From contig CACYPY010000001.1 of NCBI GenBank assembly GCA_902776415.1, forward strand, positions 61,893 through 125,892: 64,000 nt of DNA. Reading direction: 5' to 3'. The stretch comes from an uncultured Ruminobacter sp. Lineage in GTDB: Bacteria; Pseudomonadota; Gammaproteobacteria; Enterobacterales; Succinivibrionaceae. The position numbers and the translations under genes are program-made. The notes below the pieces were generated by a model. It was not told the DNA's origin. It was given only the letters and a program-made list of their open reading frames with translations, and did no database searches. Below, piece by piece: positions 31,733 through 46,908 of the stretch; position 1 is the first letter of the stretch; each line of letters opens with the position of its first letter.

Positions 31733-33676
31733 TTAATTATCCACAAAACTCTTTAAAGGCTCGGATCTGGTGGGATGTCTGAGCTTACGAAGCCCCTTAG
31801 CCTCAATCTGTCGGATGCGCTCCCTGGTAAGCCCGAAATGCTGCCCCACCTCTTCAAGAGTATGATCCGACGGCATGCCGATTCCGTAACGCATACGAAG
31901 AACCATGGCCTCACGGGGAGACAGATCCGTAAGGATCTTCTCGATAACATACTTGAGATTGTCCTGAGCTGCCAAATCCTGAGGCATCTGCGTGGTTTCG
32001 TCCTCCAGGAAATCCCCCAGTCTGGAATCCTCGTCATCGCCGATGGGAGACTCCATGGACATCGGCTCCTTGGAAATCTTCATTACCTTCTGAATCTTCT
32101 CCACGGAAATGCCCATTCTGGCCGAAATCTCCTCTGGAGTGGCCTCATGCCCTTTTTCCTGAAGAATCTGCCGGGCAATCCGGTTGTACTTGTGCATGGT
32201 TTCAATCATATGCACCGGCACCCGGATAATTCGGGCCTGATCGGCTATTGAACGGGTTATGGCCTGCCGAATCCACCAGGTGGCGTAAGTGGAAAACTTG
32301 TATCCCCTGCGGTATTCGAACTTGTCCACCGCCTTCATAAGACCGATATTTCCCTCGGAAATCAAATCCTGGAACGGCATCCCCCGGTTGATGTATTTCT
32401 TGGCAATGGAAACCACGAGACGCAGATTTGCCTCGATCATCTCCGACTTTGCCTTCTTGGTCTTGGCTTCCCACATCATGATTTCCTGACTGATGCGGCG
32501 GATCTCCGAAATCCGGGTCTGAGAATCGTTTTCAATACCCCGGAGGCATTCCACGGCGCTGAGAAGCTGCTTCTCATAAATCACGGCCTTTTTGGCAAAA
32601 GGCTTCTTAAGCTTAATGATGTGCTCGTACCATTCGGAAGTGGCTTCCTTTTTGGATTCGGAATAATAACGGCGGTACTCCTCCGGCTTGAGGCCGCAGT
32701 TCTTGACAAGAATCAGACGAATCTGTCTTTCCTGATTCTTTAGTCTTTCGGCAAAATCACGAACCACCGTCAGAATTTCCTCGTTAAGCTTGCTGTTTAT
32801 GACAAAACCGCAAAAGCTTTCCTTCATTTCCGCAAAATGCTTTTCGGTGGTCTTGGCTCCTCTGCCGAAACGCTTGAGAGCTTTCATGGCAGCGTTATAA
32901 TTTTTTCTGAGCACGGCAATGCGCTCCGCTGCCAAAGCCGGATCCACATCCAGGGTATCACTGTCTGCCGGCATCTCGGCATCATCGGAATCCTCAGGTT
33001 CGGCACCTTCCTTTTCAGGATCGTCCATATCGGAAGAATCTTCTGCACTGTCCTCGCTGTCCTCGGCGTCCTCATCTTCCACATCATCGATCACTCCGCT
33101 GGTGTCCACGGATGAGTCCAGACCGTCAATACTGATTTCCTCATCAGCCGGGGAGGAACCGTCATCGTCGGCAGGAACCGAGTTTTCATCAAAAACCGAG
33201 TTTTCCTGAAAACCGACAATCACATCCGAAAGCTTGCAAAGCCCCTTCTCGTAATTGTCAAAGTATCTGAGAAGAATCTCCTCGGATGCGGGGAAATCAG
33301 AAAGGAGGGACTGTACCCGGCTCTTTCCTTCCTCAATACGCTTGGCAGTATTGATTTCCTGCTCTCTGGTAAGGAGGTTGACCGCCCCCATTTCACGCAT
33401 GTACATTCTGACAGGGTCGGAGGAACTGCCGATATCGGTAATAAGATTCTCCGTTTCACCGGCGGTCTGGTTGAGAACCAAATCTCCCTCTTCGGGCTCT
33501 TTCTCGCAAATCTGGATATCACGTTCTGCCAGAACCTGAAAAATCTCATCCAGCTTTTCAGATTCAAAATATTCTTCAGGAAGCTTTTCCTTAATCTCCT
33601 TTACCGTGAGATAGCCACCCTTTCTCTTGCCTTCCTGAGTAAGCATCGCCAGGATTGATGACGGCTTTTCTTCCAT
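31733..33676 (-). CDS. rpoD: RNA polymerase sigma-70 factor RpoD, copy A (diverged paralog)
   Basis: Full 1.1-1.2-NCR-2-3-4 architecture: [39 protein letters not shown] and [11 protein letters not shown]; SD GGAG before ATG 33676. Confidence 0.9.
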   Translation of the reverse strand: MEEKPSSILAMLTQEGKRKGGYLTVKEIKEKLPEEYFESEKLDEIFQVLAERDIQICEKEPEEGDLVLNQTAGETENLITDIGSSSDPVRMYMREMGAVNLLTREQEINTAKRIEEGKSRVQSLLSDFPASEEILLRYFDNYEKGLCKLSDVIVGFQENSVFDENSVPADDDGSSPADEEISIDGLDSSVDTSGVIDDVEDEDAEDSEDSAEDSSDMDDPEKEGAEPEDSDDAEMPADSDTLDVDPALAAERIAVLRKNYNAAMKALKRFGRGAKTTEKHFAEMKESFCGFVINSKLNEEILTVVRDFAERLKNQERQIRLILVKNCGLKPEEYRRYYSESKKEATSEWYEHIIKLKKPFAKKAVIYEKQLLSAVECLRGIENDSQTRISEIRRISQEIMMWEAKTKKAKSEMIEANLRLVVSIAKKYINRGMPFQDLISEGNIGLMKAVDKFEYRRGYKFSTYATWWIRQAITRSIADQARIIRVPVHMIETMHKYNRIARQILQEKGHEATPEEISARMGISVEKIQKVMKISKEPMSMESPIGDDEDSRLGDFLEDETTQMPQDLAAQDNLKYVIEKILTDLSPREAMVLRMRYGIGMPSDHTLEEVGQHFGLTRERIRQIEAKGLRKLRHPTRSEPLKSFVDN

Positions 33677-33842
33677 ATAAAAACATTTCTCCAGAGTTAA
33701 GAGTTCTTTACAACCGAAAACAGAGACGCTTCCCCAAAAAACGACCTCTATCTGAAAGCGCATATTTTACACTACTTGAAATAAGTTTAAAGGGGGTGAA
33801 ATAAAGATCTTCGGTTGTTTTTTCAGATTTTGCCACGTGAAA

Positions 33843-35717
33843 TCAGCTCTCGCGGCCTCGGTCGGTCAGAAGTTCCCGGGTTCTGGTTTCCAGATACTGA
33901 AACTCCATAAGTTCCTTGCTGTCAAGCCCGTTATTCCGGAGCCCTTTTATCCTGAGGGCCTCTGTTCTGGCCGTAAGATGCTCCATGAGGATGTTTTTTA
34001 TGAAGTGCAGGAGATCAATGATTTTAATCTCCACAAAACCTTCCTGCTCCACTTCGGTATCGGATCTCGCTGCCAGAAGCCCGATAAGCTTCCCCACATT
34101 TCCGGACTCCCGATATTTTTCCAGAAGGGCTCCTGTCGTGGTATCGGGACAGGACTTTATCTTCGAAACAAGATCCAGAAGCACTGCGCTGCGATCCCTT
34201 GCATACTCGTTCAGAAGTTCTACAAGACGATCCGGTTCGGGAATTGCCCTGAGAAGCTCCGGATCCTTTACCAGTCTGGCCACCACAGCTCTCATGGGAG
34301 TCAGAGGGATGTTATCGGGGTCGGCATAGCCGTCCTGATTCCGAGAATTGACACGGTACTGCCGGTTCTCGGTGCTCCTGGCATTCTTTCGGGCCAGAAT
34401 ATTCCCGATGGCGGTATTAATGCCGGAATGCAGGCTTTCCTGAGACCAGCCCACCAGATTTGCCAGCCGCTTCTCAACCGCAGCCCGGGTCAGGGTGGCC
34501 TCAGGCATCATGCTCAGTAGTTCGGAGGCCCTGTCAATGCAGTTGACCCTGCCGCCGTCATCGGCAACGCTGTATTCCTTCTCCAGGGTGGAAACAATAT
34601 ATTCCGGAAGGCTTTCCGCATGCTCCAGATAGTCAATCATGGCCCTGGCACCCTGAGTTCTCACCAGGGTGTCCGGATCATGCTCCGGCGGGAGAAAACA
34701 GAAGAGAAGCTGCTTGTCATCCCTGAGGGCCGGAAGTGCAGTATTGAGAGCATGCCATGCCGCATTCCGTCCGGCGGAATCACCGTCATAGCAGAAAATA
34801 ATCCTGTCGGCCTGCTTGAAAAGAAGATTCATCTGTTCTGGAGTGGTGGCCGTTCCCAAAGAAGCCACCGCATTATGAATTCCCGCCTGTTCCAGGGCAA
34901 TCACATCCATATACCCTTCGGTAATCACGATATAGGAAAGATTCTTGTCCCGCAGATTTCTGATGGAATCAAGATTAAAAAGCTCATGCCCCTTTTTGTA
35001 TACCGGACTTTCCCTGGAATTGATGTATTTGGGCTTGGAGTCGTCAAGAACCCGGCCGCCGAACGCAATGGTGCGGCCTCTTTTGTCGCGAATGGGAATC
35101 ATCACCCGTTTTCTGAAGGTATCGTAGGTCTTTCCCTGCTGACCCTGAGTTGCCAGCCCGAGTTCCGTCATGGCCTTCAGAATCCTGGGATTGTCGCCCG
35201 CCAGATTCTTTATAAGAAAATCCCATGATTCCGGAGCAAAGCCCACATGATAACGTCGGAGGGTGTCATCGGACAGCCCTCTTCCATGGAGATAGGCCAA
35301 AGCCTCGGGATGTCTGGAAAGCTCGGCTTCGAATAATCCGGCGGCCCGCTCCAGAAGATCATAGAAATCAACCTCATGCTCCCGTTTTTCCTGAGGCTTT
35401 CCGGAACTCTCCTCGTATTCCACGGGAACCCCGGCTTCCTTTGCAAGTTGCTCCACCGCCTCCGGGAAGCTCAGCTGGTCATAATCCATAATAAAACCCA
35501 GGACGTTCCCGGATTTGTGACAACCAAAGCAGTTGAAAAACTGCTTCTGCTGGTTAACGCTGAAACTGGGGGTTTTTTCATTATGGAAGGGGCAGCAGCA
35601 CATATAGCTGTTCCCGGAACGCTTCAGAGTAATCCGGGAACCGATAACGTCCACAATGTCAACGCGATCAATCAGGCGTTCAATAAAATCCTTTTTTATG
35701 TACGGCACTTTCGTCAC
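33843..35717 (-). CDS. dnaG: DNA primase
   Basis: Zn finger CPFHNEKTPSF...CFGC, FGGR, KYINS, EGYMD and CYDGDSAG motifs. Confidence 0.96.
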   Translation of the reverse strand: MTKVPYIKKDFIERLIDRVDIVDVIGSRITLKRSGNSYMCCCPFHNEKTPSFSVNQQKQFFNCFGCHKSGNVLGFIMDYDQLSFPEAVEQLAKEAGVPVEYEESSGKPQEKREHEVDFYDLLERAAGLFEAELSRHPEALAYLHGRGLSDDTLRRYHVGFAPESWDFLIKNLAGDNPRILKAMTELGLATQGQQGKTYDTFRKRVMIPIRDKRGRTIAFGGRVLDDSKPKYINSRESPVYKKGHELFNLDSIRNLRDKNLSYIVITEGYMDVIALEQAGIHNAVASLGTATTPEQMNLLFKQADRIIFCYDGDSAGRNAAWHALNTALPALRDDKQLLFCFLPPEHDPDTLVRTQGARAMIDYLEHAESLPEYIVSTLEKEYSVADDGGRVNCIDRASELLSMMPEATLTRAAVEKRLANLVGWSQESLHSGINTAIGNILARKNARSTENRQYRVNSRNQDGYADPDNIPLTPMRAVVARLVKDPELLRAIPEPDRLVELLNEYARDRSAVLLDLVSKIKSCPDTTTGALLEKYRESGNVGKLIGLLAARSDTEVEQEGFVEIKIIDLLHFIKNILMEHLTARTEALRIKGLRNNGLDSKELMEFQYLETRTRELLTDRGRES

Positions 35718-36012
35718 CTCGTCTTAAGCTTTCTGTCTGTATTATTCATCCTGCCGTGCCGGAATTTTTCGCCGTATCACGGCCGTTACGCCCGAAAACT
35801 ATAATAAATTTCATTAGTAATTACAATAAAAAATATCAGCCCTATTATCATGCCGGCGGCAGGATTTTCAGAATCAATGAGCACTGAATACAGAAAAGCT
35901 TCGGAGAACAAACGAAAGCCCGACAACGGGAATTGCCGGTAACAGGAAATTTCCCGCCGGGCTTCCCGGTATTCCGGACCGGCCCGATTACGGGAACGGA
36001 ATCAGCACCGTG

Positions 36013-36858
36013 TCAGCTTTTCATAAGAGGAATACTGTAGCCGGAAGCAACGCTGAAAACCCGGTCGGTATCATAGCACCAGCCGGTAAGCCTCCCCCCC
36101 CAGACGCATCCGGTATCCAGGGATTTTATTCCGGGAACCCGGCATCTGCCGCCCAAAGCCGCCCAATGCCCGAATACCAGTACGGATCTGCCGCTGTCCG
36201 GAGGGCTGCTTCTGAGATCGAACCATGGTCTCAATCCCTCCCCGGCGGCCTCCTCGGGAGAATTCTTGTTTTTAAAATCCAAAGCGCCGTCCGGCCGGCA
36301 CAGCCGGATTCTGGTCAGAACATTAACAATGAAGCGGATACGATCGATTCCAGCCAGTCCGGGATCCCACCTGTCCGGTGTATCCGCAAACATATTCTGC
36401 AGAAACCTGCTCCGGGAAACCGGATGCCCGAGAACCCGCTCTGCCTCCCCGGAAAATCTGACGGCATCACCGATATCCCATTCGGGAATAATGCCGGCAT
36501 GAACGAGACATACGGGAACCCGGGGATGCCTGAAGGCCAGGGGAGCCCCGGAAAACCATTCCGCAATATCCTCCAAATCCGGAGAATTCAGGAGATCCTG
36601 CAGCATATCCTTTCTTTTTGGCTCCCGGAAGCCATAGACAATTGCCAGAAAATTCAAATCATGATTACCAAGCACAAAGGTTGCCCGATCTCCCAGATCC
36701 ATAATATAACGAACAGTGTCCAAAGGTTTCGGACCTCTGCCGATAATGTCTCCGGTCAGCAAGAGCTCATCACTGGCCGGGTCAAACGCCATTTCCCTCA
36801 GAAGATGTCTGAACTCGTCATAGCAGCCGTGAATATCCCCCACACAGTAAACCGCCAT
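36013..36858 (-). CDS. apaH: Symmetrical bis(5'-nucleosyl)-tetraphosphatase
   Basis: GDIHGC, GD..GRGP, LGNHD, HAG, FGHWAAL and LDTGCVWGG motifs. Confidence 0.93.
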   Translation of the reverse strand: MAVYCVGDIHGCYDEFRHLLREMAFDPASDELLLTGDIIGRGPKPLDTVRYIMDLGDRATFVLGNHDLNFLAIVYGFREPKRKDMLQDLLNSPDLEDIAEWFSGAPLAFRHPRVPVCLVHAGIIPEWDIGDAVRFSGEAERVLGHPVSRSRFLQNMFADTPDRWDPGLAGIDRIRFIVNVLTRIRLCRPDGALDFKNKNSPEEAAGEGLRPWFDLRSSPPDSGRSVLVFGHWAALGGRCRVPGIKSLDTGCVWGGRLTGWCYDTDRVFSVASGYSIPLMKS

Positions 36859-36888
36859 AAAAACCTCGTTTCCGCCGGAAAAAAAACT

Positions 36889-37386
36889 TTACAGAAAATG
36901 GGACTTTCTGGCCAGGGTCAGGAATTCCATGGCAAAGGCGTTTTTCATGTCCCCCGGGACCTCCTCGCTTGAAAGCACGTTAAAGTCCTCCAGGGAATAG
37001 CGCGGAAAAAAGGTATCTCCGTCAACATGAGCTTTTATCAGGGTGATATAGAGACGATCCGCCAGGGGAAAAGCGGTTTTATACAGCTGGCCGCCTCCGA
37101 TGACAAAGACCTCCTTGTCCGCCCCGGACTGTCGCACTCCCTCAGCCAGGGTTGGCACCCTGACTACCCCGTCGGCCACCTGATAATCGGGATTTCCGGT
37201 AACCACAATATTGAGTCTTCCCGGCAGAGGGCCTCCGATGCTCTCATAGGTTTTTCTGCCCATGATAATCGCATGTCCCCAGGTCAGTTCCTTAAAGCGC
37301 CGGAGATCCCGGGGAAGATGCCAAGGCATTTTACCGCCCCTTCCGATAACAAAATTTTCAGTGTGAGCAACAATAACAGAGAGCAT
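36889..37386 (-). CDS. folA: Dihydrofolate reductase
   Basis: MPWHLPRDL, IMGRKTYES, LPGR.N, IGGG and GDTFFP motifs; start at ATG 37386. Confidence 0.95.
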   Translation of the reverse strand: MLSVIVAHTENFVIGRGGKMPWHLPRDLRRFKELTWGHAIIMGRKTYESIGGPLPGRLNIVVTGNPDYQVADGVVRVPTLAEGVRQSGADKEVFVIGGGQLYKTAFPLADRLYITLIKAHVDGDTFFPRYSLEDFNVLSSEEVPGDMKNAFAMEFLTLARKSHFL

Positions 37387-37387
37387 A

Positions 37388-37852
37388 TCAGACCACCGGA
37401 CGTTTACGATAGAAGAAGAGCGGAGGCAGGGCAATTCCAGCCCCCATTGCAAGCATTATAGCCCCGGTGGTGATCCCGTTAAAACAAAAGGATTCAATTT
37501 CTTGAAGCCGGGAGCCGGTGCCGTCGTAAATCTGAATGGCACTCAAAAGGGTCATATAGGCATTACGTCCGGGAATTATGGGAATAATGCTGGCCACGGT
37601 AAACAGCGGACGCGGTACCCTGAGCCTGGGTGCAATGGCAATGAAGGCAAGACTCATCATAGTTACCGAAAGAAAGGTCGCCGTGACAATCCCAAGAGAA
37701 AACTCCCGTATCAGAATCATCCTGGAACACCAGGTAAACGCTCCGCCGGCGGCACACCACCCGAGATAACGCGGAGGAACATGAAACAGCAGAGCAAAGG
37801 CTGCCGAAGGCAGCGTTGCCAGTAACGTTTTAAGCACATAATCGGCAAACAC
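37388..37852 (-). CDS. yjjB: Threonine/serine exporter small subunit (YjjB/ThrE_2)
   Basis: FALLFHVP, IIPIIPG, C-terminal P.LFFYR.RP; paired with yjjP upstream of folA. Confidence 0.8.
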   Translation of the reverse strand: MFADYVLKTLLATLPSAAFALLFHVPPRYLGWCAAGGAFTWCSRMILIREFSLGIVTATFLSVTMMSLAFIAIAPRLRVPRPLFTVASIIPIIPGRNAYMTLLSAIQIYDGTGSRLQEIESFCFNGITTGAIMLAMGAGIALPPLFFYRKRPVV

Positions 37853-37855
37853 GTT

Positions 37856-39809
<1,954 letters not shown>

Positions 39810-39858
39810 CTACCAATCGAAAATCGGTAGAGCCCCTGAAATCCAAAAAAAGCTTTAA

Positions 39859-40116
39859 TTAAGCCGGAATAATGCTTACATATCTGCGATTCTTAGGACC
39901 GGATACGTAATTCTTTACCACACCGTCAGCCTTAGCAAAAAGGGTATAATCCCTGCCGATGCCAACATTTGCGCCTGCATGGAACTGAGTGCCGCGCTGC
40001 CGAACCAAAATGGAACCAGCCTGCACTGCGGTACCACTGTACACCTTAACACCTAAACGCTGAGCCTGGGAATCACGACCGTTGCGGGAACTACCGCCTG
40101 CCTTCTTATGTGCCAT
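39859..40116 (-). CDS. rpmA: 50S ribosomal protein L27
   Basis: [16 protein letters not shown]. Confidence 0.98.
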   Translation of the reverse strand: MAHKKAGGSSRNGRDSQAQRLGVKVYSGTAVQAGSILVRQRGTQFHAGANVGIGRDYTLFAKADGVVKNYVSGPKNRRYVSIIPA

Positions 40117-40132
40117 TGTATAACTCTCCTGA

Positions 40133-40447
40133 TTAAGCGTTAATACCGGTTATCTTAAGCTCGGTGTATCTCTGACGATGACCGAAAACCTTCTGGAAAT
40201 GCTTGCGGCGACGGAACTTGGTAATAGTTACCTTCTCGCCCTGAGTCTGATCAACAACCTCAGCCACAACCTTTCCGCCTTCAATATAAGGAGCACCAAC
40301 CTTTACGTTGTCTCCATCAGCAACCATCAGTACCTTGTCGAGTTCGATAGATGCACCCTTCTGAGCATCCTTAAGAAGCTCAACGGAAATAACATCACCC
40401 TCAGAAACCTGATACTGTTTGCCGCCAGTCAATACAACTGCGTACAT
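40133..40447 (-). CDS. rplU: 50S ribosomal protein L21
   Basis: [12 protein letters not shown]...KFRRRKH...GHRQ. Confidence 0.98.
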   Translation of the reverse strand: MYAVVLTGGKQYQVSEGDVISVELLKDAQKGASIELDKVLMVADGDNVKVGAPYIEGGKVVAEVVDQTQGEKVTITKFRRRKHFQKVFGHRQRYTELKITGINA

Positions 40448-40788
40448 TTAAAACTCCATAGCCCGAAACCCGTGAGGGTTAGCAGGGACAAAAATCTTTA
40501 GATATAACAATATGATGGCGCGTATTATACAAATTGGATCACAGATACGCAACAAAAATGCCTAAGTTTTTTTCAATTATTGTCCGACATCCACTTCGTT
40601 CCGCCAAAACCGTTCCGAAAATCCGTTACGGGGCACCATTACAGAGCATTTTCTCTTATTTGCCGGTCACTCCCGACTGCCCGTCAGCCGTCCGCCCCGG
40701 GCTCATTCTTTTTTGCAGGGCAGAAAAACTGTATAATATTCCCGGCCGTCCCGAACGCGTCAGCCTTAATTTATTAAAGAGACATAAC

Positions 40789-41751
40789 ATGACCAGTACT
40801 GAAGAACTGCTCTCCATACCGCTGGATAAGGTAAACCGGTATATCATGAGTGAAGTCGATTCGCCGGTGGAACTGGTAAACAGCGTGTGCCGTCATCTTA
40901 TTCTCGGCGGCGGAAAAAGAATACGCCCGACGCTGCTCCTTCTGTCAGCGGGGCTTATCAGTCCGGATGCGGTTCATGACGAACGTGTTATGAAACTGGC
41001 GGCAGCCATTGAAATTCTTCATACCGCCACCCTGATGCACGATGATGTCATCGACGAAAGCGAGATGCGCCGGGGCAGGAAAAGCACCAACAGCCTGTTC
41101 GGCAACTCAGTGGCCGTACTGGGGGGGGACTACCTCTTCACCAAGGCCTTCAGCCTGGCTTCGGTTACCGAAAACACGGAAATTTTCAGGGATTTCTTCC
41201 GGGCTGTCAGCACCATCGCCTCCGGAGAAATCGAGCAGATGGGAAATATCGACCATCCTGAGCTCAGCGAAAAGGCCTACTACCACACCATTTACGCCAA
41301 AACCGGGGTACTTTTTGAAATTGCGGTGCGAATTCCTGGCATTCTCTTCAGCGTCTCCGGAGAGCGGCTTCAGGGACTTTCCGACTACGGCCGCTATCTC
41401 GGCAACGCCTTTCAGATAGCCGATGACATTTTGGATTACACCTCCAGTGCAGATGAACTCGGCAAGAATATCGGAGACGACCTTCAGAATCACAAAATCA
41501 CCCTGCCTCTGATTTATATTCTGAACGCCCTCCCGGATCATAAAAAACCGGAGGCGATGCTGGCCATGAAAAGCTGCAATCTTGAAGCCGTCATGAATCT
41601 TGCCGAAAAAACCGGAGCCATCGCCCGCTGCTATGAAAGAGCCGAGAAGGAAGCCTCCTGCGCCCGGGAGGCTCTTGGCATTTTTCCGGAAAGTCCGTAC
41701 CGGGAACAGCTTTTTAATCTTGCGGAAATGGCAGTCAGAAGAACCCGGTGA
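40789..41751 (+). CDS. ispB: Octaprenyl-diphosphate synthase
   Basis: GGKRIRP, LMHDDVID..RRG and FQIADDILD motifs; divergent from rplU as in E. coli. Confidence 0.9.
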   Translation: MTSTEELLSIPLDKVNRYIMSEVDSPVELVNSVCRHLILGGGKRIRPTLLLLSAGLISPDAVHDERVMKLAAAIEILHTATLMHDDVIDESEMRRGRKSTNSLFGNSVAVLGGDYLFTKAFSLASVTENTEIFRDFFRAVSTIASGEIEQMGNIDHPELSEKAYYHTIYAKTGVLFEIAVRIPGILFSVSGERLQGLSDYGRYLGNAFQIADDILDYTSSADELGKNIGDDLQNHKITLPLIYILNALPDHKKPEAMLAMKSCNLEAVMNLAEKTGAIARCYERAEKEASCAREALGIFPESPYREQLFNLAEMAVRRTR

Positions 41752-41805
41752 TCCCGCGCTCCCAAATATAAAACAACTATCCCGAAAACACTTGCCCGGA
41801 AAGGC

Positions 41806-42894
41806 CTATCCAAGACAGCAAAGATCCTCATTCTCTCCCAGAGCCCAGCTTTCGGACATCCTGATGATTTCATCCTTCATGGACAGAAATACCTCGGCTA
41901 TCAGGGGATCAAAATGCTGCCCGGACTCCTCCCGGATTATTTCGAAAGACCGGTCATATGAAAAAGCTTCCTTGTAGCACCTTTTGGATACCAGGGCATC
42001 AAACACGTCGGCTATCGCCATTACCCTGGCGCACAAAGGGATCTGTTCTCCCCTGAGACCATCAGGATAACCCTTGCCATTCCACTTTTCATGATGGTGG
42101 GTGGCCATATCCACCGCCGTTCTCAGGATCAGAGGCTTTTCAATGGACTTCAGGGTTTCCTCGATCATCCGGCCGCCGATTCTGGCATGCTGCTTCATGA
42201 TCTCGAATTCCTCATGGGTAAGCCGCCCCGGCTTCAGCAGAATCATATCCGAAACGGCAATTTTTCCGATATCATGAAGCGGCGCGGACTGCACTATGGC
42301 CTCGCATACAGCCTCATCCTCAAGCTCCCCGGCATAGTAGCCGTTCCGCACCAGCCCCTGAACCACCATGGATACATACGATGCCGTCCTCTGAATATGC
42401 ATGCCGGTGAGCTGATCCCTTCCTTCAATTATTGAAGCAAAGGCCTCAACAATATTCTGACGGATCTTCTCAATCTTCTCCTCCTGCTCCTGATAGCGCT
42501 GCTCCATGTCGGCACGGCACTGATAAAGCTCCAGAACCCGCATAATACGCCTTTCGATAACCCCGATCCTGGAATTCTTGCTGATAAAATCCTGAGCCCC
42601 CAGCCGGAAGCTGTTTTCCTCCACCGCGGGGTCGTCGTCGTCGCTCATTACAATAATTGGGAGTTCCCGGGGGCTTGTTATTCTCCTGATGCTGGAGAAA
42701 AAATCCGGAAGCGTCATATCGGGCAGGTCATACCCCGAAATAATAAGATCAAAGCTGCTGGTGGCCAGCTTAAAAGCGGCCTCCCTGGCAGTAAAGGCAA
42801 ATTCCACCTCATGAGCGCTGTCAAGAATCTGCTGCATTACCAGCAGGTTTGCATTGTCGCCATCGACTAGCAGAATACGAAAATGAGAATCCAT
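41806..42894 (-). CDS. REC-HD-GYP c-di-GMP phosphodiesterase (RpfG-like) with degenerate receiver
   Basis: LHDIGK, HHHEKWNGKGYPDGL and ADVFDAL motifs; N-terminal REC fold. Confidence 0.87.
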   Translation of the reverse strand: MDSHFRILLVDGDNANLLVMQQILDSAHEVEFAFTAREAAFKLATSSFDLIISGYDLPDMTLPDFFSSIRRITSPRELPIIVMSDDDDPAVEENSFRLGAQDFISKNSRIGVIERRIMRVLELYQCRADMEQRYQEQEEKIEKIRQNIVEAFASIIEGRDQLTGMHIQRTASYVSMVVQGLVRNGYYAGELEDEAVCEAIVQSAPLHDIGKIAVSDMILLKPGRLTHEEFEIMKQHARIGGRMIEETLKSIEKPLILRTAVDMATHHHEKWNGKGYPDGLRGEQIPLCARVMAIADVFDALVSKRCYKEAFSYDRSFEIIREESGQHFDPLIAEVFLSMKDEIIRMSESWALGENEDLCCLG

Positions 42895-43169
42895 AATTAT
42901 GCCAATAATCTGAAACGATCCGAAAAGAACACCCTGAGACCAAATATAGCATATTTCAGAAGGTTTTGCCGTGTGGCGGACGGTGTTTAAGAAAACATTT
43001 TCAAATACCAGTCTTCCCTGCCCCGAAAAGACCGGATTCTGCAGTTACGGTGATCCTCGCGTTCCACAGAAGGGCACGGTTTGCCCTTCAGGGAACCATA
43101 ATCACCTTTCTTAAGCATAATCCGGGAAAATTATCCGCATAAATCAGATCCTCATACTGTTCCGCACGC

Positions 43170-43199
43170 AAAAAGGGGCGATTTTCTCTCGCCCCCTTT
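43170..43199 (-). terminator. Intrinsic terminator after purA
   Basis: GGGGCGA-TTTTCTC-TCGCCCC flanked by A/T tracts. Confidence 0.7.
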
Positions 43200-43260
43200 C
43201 CTGTAAGATACCAGCATGAAGCGCCGCCGAAACTGTTATATAAGGCAGCAACAGGTTACG

Positions 43261-45714
<2,454 letters not shown>

Positions 45715-45715
<1 letters not shown>

Positions 45716-46782
45716 TATTCCCTGCCTCCCTGCTTCATAAGCTGATCCAAAGGGAGATACATCAGCTGCTGGGATCCCTTGCTGCCAGTATTAATAATCA
45801 CCTTGGGATTCTTTGCGTATATCTCCTCCATGGTTTCCAGATAGATGCGACGCTTCGTGATCTCGGGAGATTTGAGATACTCCGGAAGAATCTTTTCAAA
45901 GCGGGCCACATCGCCGCGGGCCTTGGCCACCACCTCGCGCTGATAACCCTCAGCCTCCTCGACAATACGGCGCACCTTGCCCTCGGCCTTGGGAATAACC
46001 TCGTTCTTGTAGGCCACTGCCTCGCGCTTGAATCTCTGTTCATCCTCCTGTGCGGCAATGGCATCGTCAAAAGCGGCCTTCACCTCTTCAGGAGCCCGCG
46101 CCGGCAGAAAATTCACATCGACAACCGTAATTCCCATGCTGTAGGGAGAGATGATATTGCCCAGAAGCTCCCGTGTGGCCTGCCTGACCCTTTCGCGGCC
46201 ATTGGTCAGCACGTCATCCATGGAGGTATGTCCGATTACATATCGGAGAGCACTGTCCGTCGCCTGGTTCAGACTGTCATCAGGATTAACCACGCGATAG
46301 AGATAATTCACGGGATTGTCCACCCGGTACTGCACCTCCATCTCCACATTGACGACATTTTCATCCTGGGTAAGCATGGATCCCTTGGACCTGGTGGATC
46401 GAACCATTTGGATATCAACGGTCTTGTAGCTCTGAAGGAAGGGACAGTACCAGTGCAGCCCCGGCTCTTCGACCCTGTCAAATTTTCCGAGAGAAAGTAC
46501 CACCGCCCTCTCTGCTTCACGCACCGTGTAAAAGCCGGTAGCGGCAATTCCCAGTGTCGCTACGCCAAGAATCAGCAGAACCCCGGTAACGGGCGAGGGT
46601 CTTTTTCTGTCAAAAGGACTGCCGCCGCTGCCGCCGGAAAGCTTTTTCCAGAAATCCGTTATAAATGCGAACCCGTCATCGCTGCCGTTATCAGGACGCC
46701 GGTCTCGCTGCCAGGGATCATGCTTGTCGTGATCATCCCGGCCGCTGCCGTCTCCGTGATCGCTGGGTTCATTCCATGACAT
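45715..46782 (-). CDS. hflK: FtsH modulator HflK
   Basis: MSWNEP, MLTQDENVV, AFDDAIAAQEDE and RIYLETME motifs. Confidence 0.94.
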
Positions 46783-46908
46783 GACAAAACTCCTCTTCCA
46801 AAGGGGCGGAACTGTAAAATAAAAGACAGTGAATTATAGCCGTTCGCGGCAAATAATGAAAGACGCCCCGCAGAATGTCCGGCACGTCGGTCCGGAAGTC
46901 TGAAAAAA

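Noticed and set aside
29498-33676. One sigma being RpoS, or the pair being an assembly duplication
   Set aside because: Both have region 1.1 and the large NCR that RpoS lacks, there is no nlpD linkage, and the two sequences are too diverged to be a mis-duplicated repeat.
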